A stretch of 64,000 nucleotides of DNA from a bacterium (GCA_018675685.1 JABGXP010000020.1:37680-101679); one strand, 5' to 3'. Counted from the first letter of the stretch, positions 39,623-49,370 are shown. Numbers and translations are program-made. The notes: generated by a model not told the origin, from the letters alone.

Positions 39623-39946
39623 TCACTTTTTGCAAAAAGATGTAAAAACAATTTTTTCCAAGTCTCCCAGAGTATCATCCTGGCTGACAGTAACGGAGAA
39701 ACTTATGCTCCTAGAGTCTTTTAATTGCTTTATTCCATTACAAATTGCTAGAAGAGCTAAATGGATAGCGTTAAGGTTGCTAGATTTTCCATTTTCTAGC
39801 TGTAAGTACTGAATTTTAATTACTTCCTCTTTGGTTAATTCCAAAACAACCTTCTCTTTGTAGCCAATAGTTTTTATACTACCAGCAATACTTTTGAAGA
39901 TTTCCCTTAAGTCAAGAATAAATTCCCTTCCATTAATTTTAGCCAT
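39623..39946 (-). CDS. Hypothetical protein
   Basis: 107-aa ORF located upstream of 38825–39508 on the same strand. Confidence 0.4.
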   Translation of the reverse strand: MAKINGREFILDLREIFKSIAGSIKTIGYKEKVVLELTKEEVIKIQYLQLENGKSSNLNAIHLALLAICNGIKQLKDSRSISFSVTVSQDDTLGDLEKIVFTSFCKK

Positions 39947-40074
39947 TCATCCTTCCTCCCCTGTTTCCAGGGTAGCTGCAGATTATAGTAAGAACTGTTG
40001 ACTCATTATTAAAGCACCGAAAATTCCTTTTGTCAATATAATAAATAGATGTTTACACATACCGCGTTAACCCC

Positions 40075-40103
40075 TTGACATCTCTATTGATTTTAGGTAT
40101 TAT
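40075..40103 (+). promoter_or_regulatory. Sigma70-type promoter for the infA–r-protein–rpoA operon: TTGACA-N17-TATTAT
   Basis: TTGACA at 40075–40080 and TATTAT at 40098–40103. Confidence 0.6.
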
Positions 40104-40200
40104 CAGAACTAGTAAAATTTTTAGTTACAATTTAGTAGCTTTTGAAAATCAAAAGCGCACAAAGAAGGTGAAAGGGAAAGAATTCAAGACTTAGGACAGA

Positions 40201-40225
40201 GACGAAAAGAACCTTCGTTTTTTTG
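40201..40225 (+). promoter_or_regulatory. Candidate leader attenuator/terminator hairpin in the infA 5'UTR
   Basis: GACGAA-AAGAACC-TTCGTT stem-loop followed by TTTTTTT, about 45 nt upstream of the infA ATG. Confidence 0.3.
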
Positions 40226-40267
40226 GTTGTTCAAATTTAAATTTAATAAATTTTAATAAAAGGAATT

Positions 40268-40480
40268 ATGGCGAAAGAGATAATCAAGCTCGAGGGGGAG
40301 GTTGTAGAACTGCTTCCAAGTACAATGTTCCGTGTGAAGCTCGAGAATGGTCATGTCGTTCTAGCTCATATTTCTGGGAAGATGCGAATTCATTTCATTA
40401 AATTAATGCCAGGGGATAAAGTCGAGATTGAAATGAGTCCATATGATCTCACAAAGGGCCGAATCACAAGAAGGCTCTAA
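40268..40480 (+). CDS. infA: Translation initiation factor IF-1
   Basis: [40 protein letters not shown]…, 70 aa. Confidence 0.95.
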   Translation: MAKEIIKLEGEVVELLPSTMFRVKLENGHVVLAHISGKMRIHFIKLMPGDKVEIEMSPYDLTKGRITRRL

Positions 40481-40529
40481 TGACAGAAGAGTGAGAGTTG
40501 AATTAAAGTAATATAACTTAACGAAAAAG

Positions 40530-40643
40530 ATGAAAGTTCAAGCTTCAGTTAAAAAAAGATGCGACAAATGCAAGATTGTCAAAAGAAAAGGGGTAGTATT
40601 TGTTATTTGTGAGATTAAAAAACACAAACAACGACAAGGGTAG
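40530..40643 (+). CDS. rpmJ: 50S ribosomal protein L36
   Basis: Manual translation gives [37 protein letters not shown] (37 aa). The ORF is below the track's length cutoff. Confidence 0.85.
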   Translation: MKVQASVKKRCDKCKIVKRKGVVFVICEIKKHKQRQG

Positions 40644-40676
40644 TTTTAATAAATCATTTAAATTCTAAATAAAAGT

Positions 40677-41066
40677 ATGGCAGTAAGAATTGCTGGTGTA
40701 AATATTCCAGACGAAAAGAGAATTGAAATTGCTCTCACTTATATCTATGGAATCGGACGAACAAGATCAAATCAAATTTTAGAAAAAGTTGGAATCGATA
40801 AAGATATTAGAGCAAACAAAATTCCCGCAGAAGAACTAAACAAGCTTCGTGCTGAAATTGAGAGTGGTGATGTTCTAGAGGGGGAATTGAAGAGACAAGT
40901 GATGATGAATGTGAAGAGACTAAAAGAAGTTGGGAGCTACAGAGGTTCTCGACACGCGAAAGGTCTTCCAGTAAGAGGACAAAGGACCAAGACTAACAAC
41001 CGAACTGTTCGAGGAAACAAAAGAGCAACTATGGGGAGTGGCCGACGATCAGTTGAGAAGAAATAG
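40677..41066 (+). CDS. rpsM: 30S ribosomal protein S13
   Basis: MAVRIAGVNIPDEKRIEIALTYIYGIGR…. Confidence 0.95.
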   Translation: MAVRIAGVNIPDEKRIEIALTYIYGIGRTRSNQILEKVGIDKDIRANKIPAEELNKLRAEIESGDVLEGELKRQVMMNVKRLKEVGSYRGSRHAKGLPVRGQRTKTNNRTVRGNKRATMGSGRRSVEKK

Positions 41067-41104
41067 TTTACTATAATATTAATTGAATTTTAATAACGCT
41101 TATT

Positions 41105-41704
41105 ATGGCTGAAGAGAAGGACAATAAAACTACTCAGAAGGAAACTGAAAAGAAGGTTTCTAAGAAAAAGGAAACTGCTTCTAAAGTTGAAACAACTAAA
41201 AAAGTTGAAGCTACTGAGAAATCAAAAACTCCGTCCAAGGACGAGGTAGTTGATAAGAAAGAAGTAAAGAAAGAAGTAAAAAAGGAGAAAACCCAAGAAG
41301 AATCAGTGGAAATTGCTGCTGCTCCTGTAATGAAGAAGAAAAAGAATTTGCGACGACAAATTCAAAGAGGACGTGCATATATACGGTCTTCATATAACAA
41401 TACAGTTGTTTCATTGACTGATTTGCACGGAAATCTTCTAGCCTGGTCATCTTCTGGATTACTTGGATTTAAGGGTGCAAAGAAAGCAACGACATATGCT
41501 GCGACTCAAGTTGCTGCAGATGTTGATGAAAAAGTTCAAAAGTATGGACTTCGAGATATCGAGGTTTATATCAAAGGTGTTGGTTCTGGAAGAGAGGCCG
41601 CACTTAGAGCTTTAGCTCAAAAAGGATACGGGATCACGAAGATTAAAGATATGACTCCAATTCCACACAATGGTTGTAGATCAAAAAAACCAAGAAGAGT
41701 TTAA
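41105..41704 (+). CDS. rpsK: 30S ribosomal protein S11 with a roughly 75-aa Lys/Glu-rich N-terminal extension
   Basis: The S11 core (…AYIRSSYNNTVVSLTDLHGN…TPIPHNGCRSKKPRRV) is preceded by the low-complexity extension MAEEKDNKTTQKETEKK…. Confidence 0.9.
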   Translation: MAEEKDNKTTQKETEKKVSKKKETASKVETTKKVEATEKSKTPSKDEVVDKKEVKKEVKKEKTQEESVEIAAAPVMKKKKNLRRQIQRGRAYIRSSYNNTVVSLTDLHGNLLAWSSSGLLGFKGAKKATTYAATQVAADVDEKVQKYGLRDIEVYIKGVGSGREAALRALAQKGYGITKIKDMTPIPHNGCRSKKPRRV

Positions 41705-41740
41705 TCGAATTTAAAGAATTATTAAAGATTTTAAATACAT

Positions 41741-42385
41741 ATGGCAAATCAAGAAAAGTCAAAATGTAAGTTATGCCGAAGAGCGGGTGAAAAACTTTTC
41801 CTAAAAGGGGATCGTTGTGTCTCACCAAAATGCGCTATGGTACGAAAGCCTTACATCCCTGGAGCTCACGGAAACGCTGGAGGCGGAAGAAAAGGACGTG
41901 GACTGTCTGATTTTGGGAAACAATTAGCTGAAAAACAGAAGCTAAAAAGACTCTATAGAGTTACTGAAAAACAGTTTAAAAAACATCTAAAAGAGGCTCA
42001 AATACAATCAGGTGTTGTAGGTGATAATCTAGTCATTCGTCTTGAATCTAGACTTGATAATATTATCTATCGTCTTGGTTTCGCTGTTTCAAGAGCGCAA
42101 GCACGACAATTAGTAAGTCACAGCATGTTTACTGTTAATGGAAAGATGCTAAATGTTCCATCCGCAATTTTAAAGGTTGGCGATGAGATAGCCCTAAAAT
42201 CTCAAAAGAAAGAAAAAACATTCTTTAAAGAACTTCAGACCGTTCTAAAAAAGAAAAAAAATGTTGCAGGTTGGCTTTCTTTCGATGCTAACAATATGAC
42301 CGCCAAAGTACTAGCTACTCCAAGTAAGGATGACCTAGGAACTGGAGTGAATATTTCTTTGGTGATTGAATTCTATTCACGATAG
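41741..42385 (+). CDS. rpsD: 30S ribosomal protein S4
   Basis: Zn-ribbon N-terminus CKLCRRAGEKLFLKGDRC and an S4 domain. Confidence 0.93.
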   Translation: MANQEKSKCKLCRRAGEKLFLKGDRCVSPKCAMVRKPYIPGAHGNAGGGRKGRGLSDFGKQLAEKQKLKRLYRVTEKQFKKHLKEAQIQSGVVGDNLVIRLESRLDNIIYRLGFAVSRAQARQLVSHSMFTVNGKMLNVPSAILKVGDEIALKSQKKEKTFFKELQTVLKKKKNVAGWLSFDANNMTAKVLATPSKDDLGTGVNISLVIEFYSR

Positions 42386-42428
42386 TCGTTTCAATTATCA
42401 AATATAAAATAACTATTAAGTTAAATTA

Positions 42429-43391
42429 ATGCTCTCAGTATCATTACCACAAGCTCCACTACACGAAGATCTAGGTGAAAGCACTGGAAAGTTCGTTATT
42501 AAAGGATGTTATCCTGGTTTCGGAACAACATTGGGAAATTCTCTAAGAAGAGTTCTACTTTCTTCCTTGCCGGGGAACGCAGCAGTTTCAGTTAAAATTA
42601 AAGGAATCACTCATGAATTTGCAACAATCGATGATGTGATGGAAGATGCAGTTCAAATTATCTTAAACCTTAAGAAAGTTAGGTTTAAACTCCATGGAGT
42701 TGAGGAAGCAACTATTTTCTTGGCGGTTAAGGGTGAAAAAGAAGTTACTGCAAAAGACTTCAAAACAACATCAGAAATTGAAGTTGTGAATAAGAAGCAA
42801 ATCATTGCAACAACAACATCACCATCAGCTGAATTGGAATTAGAAGTTAAGGTTCAGCGAGGATTGGGATATGTTCCGGTTGAACAGCAAGAAAGAGAGG
42901 AGAAAGAAATTGGCTCAATTGCTATTGACGCTGTGTATACTCCAATTAAAAGAGTGAACTTTGTTGTTGATAACATGCGTGTTGGGAAAAGAACTGATTT
43001 TGATAAGATTACATTAGAAATTGTCACAGATGGTTCGATTCTTCCAGAAGAAGCATATTCACAAGCAGCAGAAATTTTGCTAGAACAAGTTACTTCTATT
43101 GCTCAATTTGGAGAAGAAATTGAAGAAGTTGAAGAAATTGAAGTCAAAGAAGAGACAAAAGAAGAAGGAAAGAAAAAGCCAGAGAAAAAAAACCCAGAGG
43201 AAATTTTAATAACAGAACTTGGAATTTCAACTAGAACAATGAATGTTCTAGAAACTGCTGAATTTGCAACTGTTGGACAGGTTGCTGATAAAACAGAAGA
43301 GGAGATTCTGGAACTTGAAGGAATGGGTGATAAGGGAGTAAAAGAGATTAAAAAGTCAATTGGAACTTTAGGAATCACTCTAAAATCCTAA
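42429..43391 (+). CDS. rpoA: DNA-directed RNA polymerase subunit alpha
   Basis: Alpha N-terminal domain (…GFGTTLGNSLRRVLLSSLPG…) and C-terminal domain (…ELGISTRTMNVLE…). Confidence 0.92.
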   Translation: MLSVSLPQAPLHEDLGESTGKFVIKGCYPGFGTTLGNSLRRVLLSSLPGNAAVSVKIKGITHEFATIDDVMEDAVQIILNLKKVRFKLHGVEEATIFLAVKGEKEVTAKDFKTTSEIEVVNKKQIIATTTSPSAELELEVKVQRGLGYVPVEQQEREEKEIGSIAIDAVYTPIKRVNFVVDNMRVGKRTDFDKITLEIVTDGSILPEEAYSQAAEILLEQVTSIAQFGEEIEEVEEIEVKEETKEEGKKKPEKKNPEEILITELGISTRTMNVLETAEFATVGQVADKTEEEILELEGMGDKGVKEIKKSIGTLGITLKS

Positions 43392-43420
43392 CGAATAATT
43401 TAGCATAAGACTAGACATCA

Positions 43421-43942
43421 ATGAATAAGCGAAAGAAAGGAAGAACATTATCTAGGTCAAAATCTCAAAGAGAGGCTCTACTCAGAACTCTTTTGGTGAG
43501 TTTGACTAAATACAAGAGAATCGAGACTTCCTTAGCAAAGGCTAAGGAACTCCGACCTTTTGCAGAACGGATGATTACAAAAGCCAAACGAGCTTCACAA
43601 GGTGAAGGGCGAAGAATGGCTATGATTCGAGAGCTCAAAAAAGATCTTCCAACTGAAACAGTAATGGAGCTCTTGAGATTTGCAGAGAAATTTGCAAAGA
43701 GAGAAGGAGGATATCTTCGAATCATTAAAATGATGCACAGAAGAAGCGATGCTTCAGACAGAGCATTAGTTGAATGGGTTGAAGAATTTGAGGAAGTGGA
43801 GGAAAAAGAAGCGAAGAAAGCTCCAGTTACTGCAAAAAAAGAAGTGAAGAAAGTCAAAAAAACTTCTTCTAGCGCTAAAGTGGAGGAAAAGAAGGTCGAC
43901 AAAACTGAAGACAAGAAGGATAAAAAGCAATCAGACGAATAA
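43421..43942 (+). CDS. rplQ: 50S ribosomal protein L17 with a Lys-rich C-terminal extension
   Basis: MNKRKKGRTLSRSKSQREALLRTLL… 173 aa, compared with about 120–130 for typical L17. Confidence 0.9.
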   Translation: MNKRKKGRTLSRSKSQREALLRTLLVSLTKYKRIETSLAKAKELRPFAERMITKAKRASQGEGRRMAMIRELKKDLPTETVMELLRFAEKFAKREGGYLRIIKMMHRRSDASDRALVEWVEEFEEVEEKEAKKAPVTAKKEVKKVKKTSSSAKVEEKKVDKTEDKKDKKQSDE

Positions 43943-43947
43943 TTTGT

Positions 43948-44370
43948 TTGAAAAATAAGAATAATTTTATGGAACAGGAGAAACCAAAGTACAAGCTATT
44001 CGATGCAAAAGGCCAAATCCTTGGAAGATTTGCTGTTGAGATTGCAAAATATCTTTCTGGAAAGAACGAAGTTAACTTTACACCAAATATTGGTGGGAAT
44101 GGTTGGGCTATTGTTATAAATTCAGACAAGGTTCGATTAAGTGGAGATAAAGCTAAGAAAAAGATTTATTGGCACCATACAGGATTTCCAGGAGGAATCA
44201 AAGCAGCTACTTTTGAAGAGATGATGATAAAAGACTCTCGAAAAGTAATCGAAAAAGCTGTGAAAGGAATGATGCCGAAAAATAAACTCTCAGTTGCTGC
44301 TAATAAGAGGTTACGAATTTTCAAGGATGAAAATCACTCTTATGCTAAACAGCTCGAGAAATCAGAGTAA
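43948..44370 (+). CDS. rplM: 50S ribosomal protein L13
   Basis: …GRFAVEIAKYLSGK…IYWHHTGFPGG…. Confidence 0.92.
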   Translation: MKNKNNFMEQEKPKYKLFDAKGQILGRFAVEIAKYLSGKNEVNFTPNIGGNGWAIVINSDKVRLSGDKAKKKIYWHHTGFPGGIKAATFEEMMIKDSRKVIEKAVKGMMPKNKLSVAANKRLRIFKDENHSYAKQLEKSE

Positions 44371-44388
44371 AAAATAATTAGAATATCT

Positions 44389-44796
44389 ATGGCAAAAAAA
44401 GCAGATCAATACTATGAAGGAATCGGTCGACGAAAGTCAGCTGTAGCAAGAGTTCGAATTGTTGAAGCAACAAAAGGGAATGAAGTTATTGTGAATACAA
44501 AGAAATATGACGAATTTTTTGATACAGAAGAATTAAGAGTTACAGTCAAAGCCCCTATGGTGGCAACAGGAACAGAAAAGAAATTTTCAGTTTCAGTTTC
44601 TGTAAAAGGTGGGGGAATTAGAGGACAAGCAGAAGCTTCTCAATTAGGACTTTCTAGGGCTCTAGTGAAATTTGACGAAGAGCTTCAAAGAACTCTTCGA
44701 GATCTTGATTATTTGAAGAGAGATCCAAGACAAAAAGAAAGAAAGAAGCCAGGATTGAAAAAAGCGAGAAAATCGCCACAATGGAGTAAACGATAG
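44389..44796 (+). CDS. rpsI: 30S ribosomal protein S9
   Basis: …GIGRRKSAVARVRI… C-terminal KKARKSPQWSKR. Confidence 0.93.
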   Translation: MAKKADQYYEGIGRRKSAVARVRIVEATKGNEVIVNTKKYDEFFDTEELRVTVKAPMVATGTEKKFSVSVSVKGGGIRGQAEASQLGLSRALVKFDEELQRTLRDLDYLKRDPRQKERKKPGLKKARKSPQWSKR

Positions 44797-44827
44797 GTCA
44801 ATTTTTTCAAATAGAAATATTGATGTC

Positions 44828-44856
44828 AAAAAACCGCTTTTAACAGCGGTTTTTTA
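44828..44856 (+). terminator. Rho-independent terminator after rpsI
   Basis: AACCGCT-TTTAAC-AGCGGTT followed by TTTTT. Confidence 0.7.
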
Positions 44857-44991
44857 TTTGGAAAAATTATTGCAAAAGAGCAAATAGAATAGTAAAATAG
44901 AGATGTACAAAATACTGAACGAATATCGCGCTTGGATTCAAAATGCGTGATTGTTTTGTAGATTAAAATAAGTATAAATTAAAAACAATAG

Positions 44992-47487
44992 ATGCTCAAA
45001 AAAATAATGTCAAAAAAGGTTGCTGTTATGTTCATGTTGATCATGCTACTTGGAGGTTCTCTACGTCTATATAAACTTGGGATGCAGTCATTTATTGCAG
45101 ATGAATTTTTGGGCATTAAGATTTCCACTGGTTATAATAAAACAGGTGAGTGGAAGCACTGGGATTTTAATACCAACGCACCTAGTGGGGAAACTTATAC
45201 GCGAGGGAAGGTTTATTATTGGCAAGTTTCGAAGCTTTTGAATATTCTTCCGACATCAGAAGCAAACTCTCGCTTGGTAAGCGTGGTTTGGGGTATGATT
45301 GCTATGATTACAGTGTTCTTAGCAACATTTTTTATTACAAGAAGCTGGACAATTGCACTTATTGCACTTTTTCTTTCAGCGATGAGTATAACGGAACTTG
45401 CTTATGATAGGAAATTACGTATGTATTCGATGTTTGCTCCTGTTTATCTCTGGTTCTCCTTTGCAGTGTTTAAGTTTTTAGAATACAAAAAAGATTCGAA
45501 ATGCGCTTTTTTTGGAAAATTTTGTAAGGCTAAGAAGGGGGCTGAAAGTAGGTGTGTTATTACAAGGTTTTCCCAGAAAACAGGGTTGGACTGGATGTGG
45601 TTTTTGCCATCACTGATACTAGGATTTTTATCGCTAAAAACACACGACTTAACAGTGAATATTGTGCCCACAATACTCGTTTATCTTCTAGTTATGGGTT
45701 TATTTTTATTCTTTAAAAAGAAACAAAAAAACAATCATTATTTAAGAGTGACAGGCATTTTTGTGCTATCGGGATTAGCCTTAATATCAATTTTGCCGTT
45801 TTTAAAAACAATTCCAATTATTGGATATATTCTTCAAAAAGCAGTTGGCGCAACAAGTGCTGTCGCCTGGGTTTTCCACCCTAGTTATTTGCAGAAAGTG
45901 ACACTTGATTATAGCTACATTCTTTTCGGAATCTTCTTTATTTCAATTGGAGCATACTTAATGATCAGGAAATATGGAAAAATTGGTCTTTGGACAGTAT
46001 TATCATTTCTAGTCCCCTTAGTTTTAGCGATCTTCACTTGGAAAAGGAACGTTGGTGATCAGTATATATACCTCACTCAGCTTTTCAAGGTTATAGTTGT
46101 GGCTTGTGGAATATATTTTGTCTCCCAAGGAATTGCTAAATTATTTAAAAATACTAAAAAAGTATTTATGCTAGTTCTTGGTCTAATCCTCTTGCTTCTA
46201 GTTAATTTTTCTTTTTTCTATTCAGAACACGGATTTTATCAAAGCGTAAAAGAATGGCAACATTCAAATTATCGAGAAGTTTTTGATTATTTTTTGGAAA
46301 AAAAGGGTGAGAATGTAGCACTCTTTGCAAGACCGCTCACCAATTATTATTTAAGAGGGAATAATACCAAATTACTTCCTTATGGTGAAGATAATCAATT
46401 AACAGCTCTGAGAATTTTTGAAGCTCAAAATGAATATGATGAATTGTGGGTGATTTTTTCCAAGAATACTAATATCAAAGGAGATGCAAAGAGATTGATG
46501 GAGCGAGAATTTAAACTTGTAGAAACAAAGTATACCAATAAAAAGGTGAAAGTTTATCGTTGGAAGAAGAACCATGATAAATTGAAAATAGGATTTGTTA
46601 CAGATTCACATTGCTACGCTAAGCAGGACAAGGAATCAAAGAATTGGGAATTGAACTGGCGTTGCAAGGAACCTATGACTGACTTTGTTAATAAAATGAA
46701 TGACGAGTTCAAGCCAGATATGGTTATTGAAGGCGGGGACCTTGTTGATGGCAGGGACGACAATGCTTTTTGGGATTTCAAGGAGGTCAAAGGAATTCTC
46801 GAAAAAGCTAATGCTCCGGTGTACCACGTTCTTGGGAACCACGAAACTCGTTCTTTTCCAAAAAAAGATTGGCTTGATTTAACGGAAAATAAAAAAACTT
46901 ATTATAAAATTGACATAAAGGGTTTCAGGGTGATCGTATTAGATGCGAACTTCACAGCAAAAGGAGAAGATACTACACCTATAAAAGAATCTTACGCAGG
47001 AGTGATCAATCAAGAACAACTAGAGTGGCTAAAAGAAACCCTTATAGATGCAGAAGATCTTCGCAAAATCGTCTTTGTACATCAACCACCGATCGAAACG
47101 GATGCGAGAAAACAATCAGAATTATTCAAAAACTCAGAGGAGTTAAGGAGTCTACTCTCAAAATTTTCCGTAGAAGCCGTTTTCTCTGGGCACATTGAAA
47201 GATTTTGCAAAACTAAACTTGGAACAGACACCGATTATTATGTCTTGCAAGGTTTTTGGAAACAAAACGGAAGGCTGAAGGAAGAGTTCAAATATCCAGA
47301 GGCAGGCACTTTTAGTGAGATTACAATTGGCAAAGACATTGAAGTGAGTGTGAATTATAGGGAAAAAGATGAGACAGAATATAATTCTTTTATAATGAAC
47401 TCTGATAACTCTTCCTGTGAGGACGGGAACACTGTTATTTCCAGGAAGCTTAGAGATGATTACAAAAATAAAAATGAAAATAAATAG
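44992..47487 (+). CDS. Fusion protein: N-terminal GT-C (ArnT/PMT-like) polytopic glycosyltransferase domain and C-terminal calcineurin-like metallophosphoesterase domain
   Basis: N-terminal multi-TM region with a first-loop DE motif (…FIADEF…). C-terminal metallophosphoesterase motifs GFVTDSHC, GGDLVDGRDD and VLGNHE. 831 aa. Confidence 0.6.
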   Translation: MLKKIMSKKVAVMFMLIMLLGGSLRLYKLGMQSFIADEFLGIKISTGYNKTGEWKHWDFNTNAPSGETYTRGKVYYWQVSKLLNILPTSEANSRLVSVVWGMIAMITVFLATFFITRSWTIALIALFLSAMSITELAYDRKLRMYSMFAPVYLWFSFAVFKFLEYKKDSKCAFFGKFCKAKKGAESRCVITRFSQKTGLDWMWFLPSLILGFLSLKTHDLTVNIVPTILVYLLVMGLFLFFKKKQKNNHYLRVTGIFVLSGLALISILPFLKTIPIIGYILQKAVGATSAVAWVFHPSYLQKVTLDYSYILFGIFFISIGAYLMIRKYGKIGLWTVLSFLVPLVLAIFTWKRNVGDQYIYLTQLFKVIVVACGIYFVSQGIAKLFKNTKKVFMLVLGLILLLLVNFSFFYSEHGFYQSVKEWQHSNYREVFDYFLEKKGENVALFARPLTNYYLRGNNTKLLPYGEDNQLTALRIFEAQNEYDELWVIFSKNTNIKGDAKRLMEREFKLVETKYTNKKVKVYRWKKNHDKLKIGFVTDSHCYAKQDKESKNWELNWRCKEPMTDFVNKMNDEFKPDMVIEGGDLVDGRDDNAFWDFKEVKGILEKANAPVYHVLGNHETRSFPKKDWLDLTENKKTYYKIDIKGFRVIVLDANFTAKGEDTTPIKESYAGVINQEQLEWLKETLIDAEDLRKIVFVHQPPIETDARKQSELFKNSEELRSLLSKFSVEAVFSGHIERFCKTKLGTDTDYYVLQGFWKQNGRLKEEFKYPEAGTFSEITIGKDIEVSVNYREKDETEYNSFIMNSDNSSCEDGNTVISRKLRDDYKNKNENK

Positions 47488-49294
47488 AAAAAAAATAGAT
47501 AATCATTTGAAAAAATGGTGGCATCTATACGTCTTAGCGTTGATTGTGCTGGTGGCATTTTTCATTAGAACTTACAACTTCGCAGATTGGATTTATCTGA
47601 AAAGTGACCAAGTGCGTGATATAAAAAAAGTTCAGAGCATTTACGAAGGTGGGCTGGCTGAATTACCACTTTTAGGTCCAAAAGCATCAGGATCCAATCT
47701 TTTTTTGGGACCGATTTTCTATTATTTTCAATATGCATCAGCGGTTTTATTTCAAAGTGTTGAGCCGCACGTACTTGTTTTCCCTGATCTTATCGCCTCG
47801 CTCCTAACTATTCCACTACTATTCTATTTTTTGAGACAATTTTTTTCGAAGAAAATTTCTCTACTAACAGTTGCAGTTTTTGCTTCTTCATATATGTTCA
47901 CGCAATATGCAAGGTTTGGTTGGAATCCGAACTCCCTCCCTTTCTGGGGATTGCTTGCAATGCTCGGAGTTTTCAAGGTTGGAACTGAGAAAGACCGCAA
48001 TAAAGCGGGAAAATGGCTTATCATGTCCGCATTCGCTTTTGGAGTAGTAAGTCAATTACATTTCATTGCATTCCTTGGATATCCAATCGTTACATTTTTG
48101 TTTTGGATTTTTTATCCACCAAAAAAGATTCATCCAAAATTTTGGTTAGCTGCAATTTGTGTATTTTTATTTTTGAATTTACCAATGATTGCAAATGACA
48201 CCATTGGGGGAGGGAATAATTGGAAACATTTTGTTTATACATTAACACACAAAGCTGAGCCAAGAGGGGCCCTAGAAAGCGCTCTAAGAGCTGCTACGTA
48301 TGAAGGAAGGTTCTTTATGGCATTTGTTACATCTATTAACAATAACGAGGTTTCCAAGATAGACTTCATTGGTATTCTATACGTAACAACTTCTATTTTT
48401 TTGGGAGTATTTTTGTGGAAAAAGAAAGCAACTGCTCTGTTCAGGGAGCTTTCCTCAAAACAACGAGCATTTTTAGTCTTTATCTTTGTGTGGCTTGCTG
48501 GTTTCACGCCTTTGTATTGGAAATTAGCGTATGATATAAATAACTCTCGTTTCTGGGCAGTGGTATTCGTTATTCCTTTTGTATCTCTCGCTCTTTATTT
48601 TCAAATTATTTTTCAAATAGGAAAAAACAAAAACTGGCAAAGGGCCTTCCAAGTCACACCATATTTAATCGCAACAATATTGATAATTTTGAATTTTACA
48701 GCAATTGGAAAATGGTATGGAAGTTTAGCAGCGCAAGAAGAAATTGATTTATTCGGAAGAAAGTGGTCAAGTAAAACCTTCCAACAACAGAAGCTAGAAA
48801 CTGTATGGGTGCAAAAAGAAACCTCGAAGTATATGATTGAAGAATCTAGCAAAAAGAATAAAAAGGTTTGCTTTAAATCTCCCAACGTATACTCAGCTGT
48901 GTATAGATATTTTATCAATCAAAATCTTAATGGAGAGGTGGTTGACAGCGGAGATATTGAAAGGGAGACAATTGTAGCACTGGGCAAAGAATGTGAATTT
49001 TTTCTTATCGATAAAGCAGAAAAGAGTAGCAATCAAGCTTTAGCAAAAGTGGGGAAGGGCCTGAAATTAAATGACAAGAAAGCAATAGGCTCTGTAGCTA
49101 TTTGGATTGTTGAATTAGATGGAGACTTTAATGTGAAAAAGGAAAAAAAACAGAGTGTTTTCGAAATAATCCAGCAAGATATTGTAACTGAAATAAAAAT
49201 TGAGGAAAATAAAGAAATAAAAGAGAGAGAAGAAAAAGAAGACAAAAAACCAGAAAGGAAAGAGGATAAGGACTGGGGTGATTTATGGTACTAA
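47456..49294 (+). CDS. GT-C family (ArnT/PMT_2-like) membrane glycosyltransferase
   Basis: Polytopic protein with …DQVRD…LPLLGPKASGS…NPNSLPFWGLL…, a paralog of the 50522–52390 gene. The start is uncertain (ATG at 47456 or 47474; the ORF is open from 47417). It overlaps the upstream gene end. Confidence 0.6.
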   Translation: MITKIKMKINRKKIDNHLKKWWHLYVLALIVLVAFFIRTYNFADWIYLKSDQVRDIKKVQSIYEGGLAELPLLGPKASGSNLFLGPIFYYFQYASAVLFQSVEPHVLVFPDLIASLLTIPLLFYFLRQFFSKKISLLTVAVFASSYMFTQYARFGWNPNSLPFWGLLAMLGVFKVGTEKDRNKAGKWLIMSAFAFGVVSQLHFIAFLGYPIVTFLFWIFYPPKKIHPKFWLAAICVFLFLNLPMIANDTIGGGNNWKHFVYTLTHKAEPRGALESALRAATYEGRFFMAFVTSINNNEVSKIDFIGILYVTTSIFLGVFLWKKKATALFRELSSKQRAFLVFIFVWLAGFTPLYWKLAYDINNSRFWAVVFVIPFVSLALYFQIIFQIGKNKNWQRAFQVTPYLIATILIILNFTAIGKWYGSLAAQEEIDLFGRKWSSKTFQQQKLETVWVQKETSKYMIEESSKKNKKVCFKSPNVYSAVYRYFINQNLNGEVVDSGDIERETIVALGKECEFFLIDKAEKSSNQALAKVGKGLKLNDKKAIGSVAIWIVELDGDFNVKKEKKQSVFEIIQQDIVTEIKIEENKEIKEREEKEDKKPERKEDKDWGDLWY

Positions 49295-49370
49295 TTAGCA
49301 AGAAATATTATAATAAAAAACTGAGCATAAAACTCAGTTTTTTATTATAATATTTTAAACGCCAGAATCA

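Noticed and set aside
47417-47487. 71-nt overlap between the two GT-C genes as a frameshift/pseudogene signal
   Set aside because: Plausible internal ATG starts at 47456 and 47474 reduce the overlap to 14–32 nt, which is a normal operon overlap.
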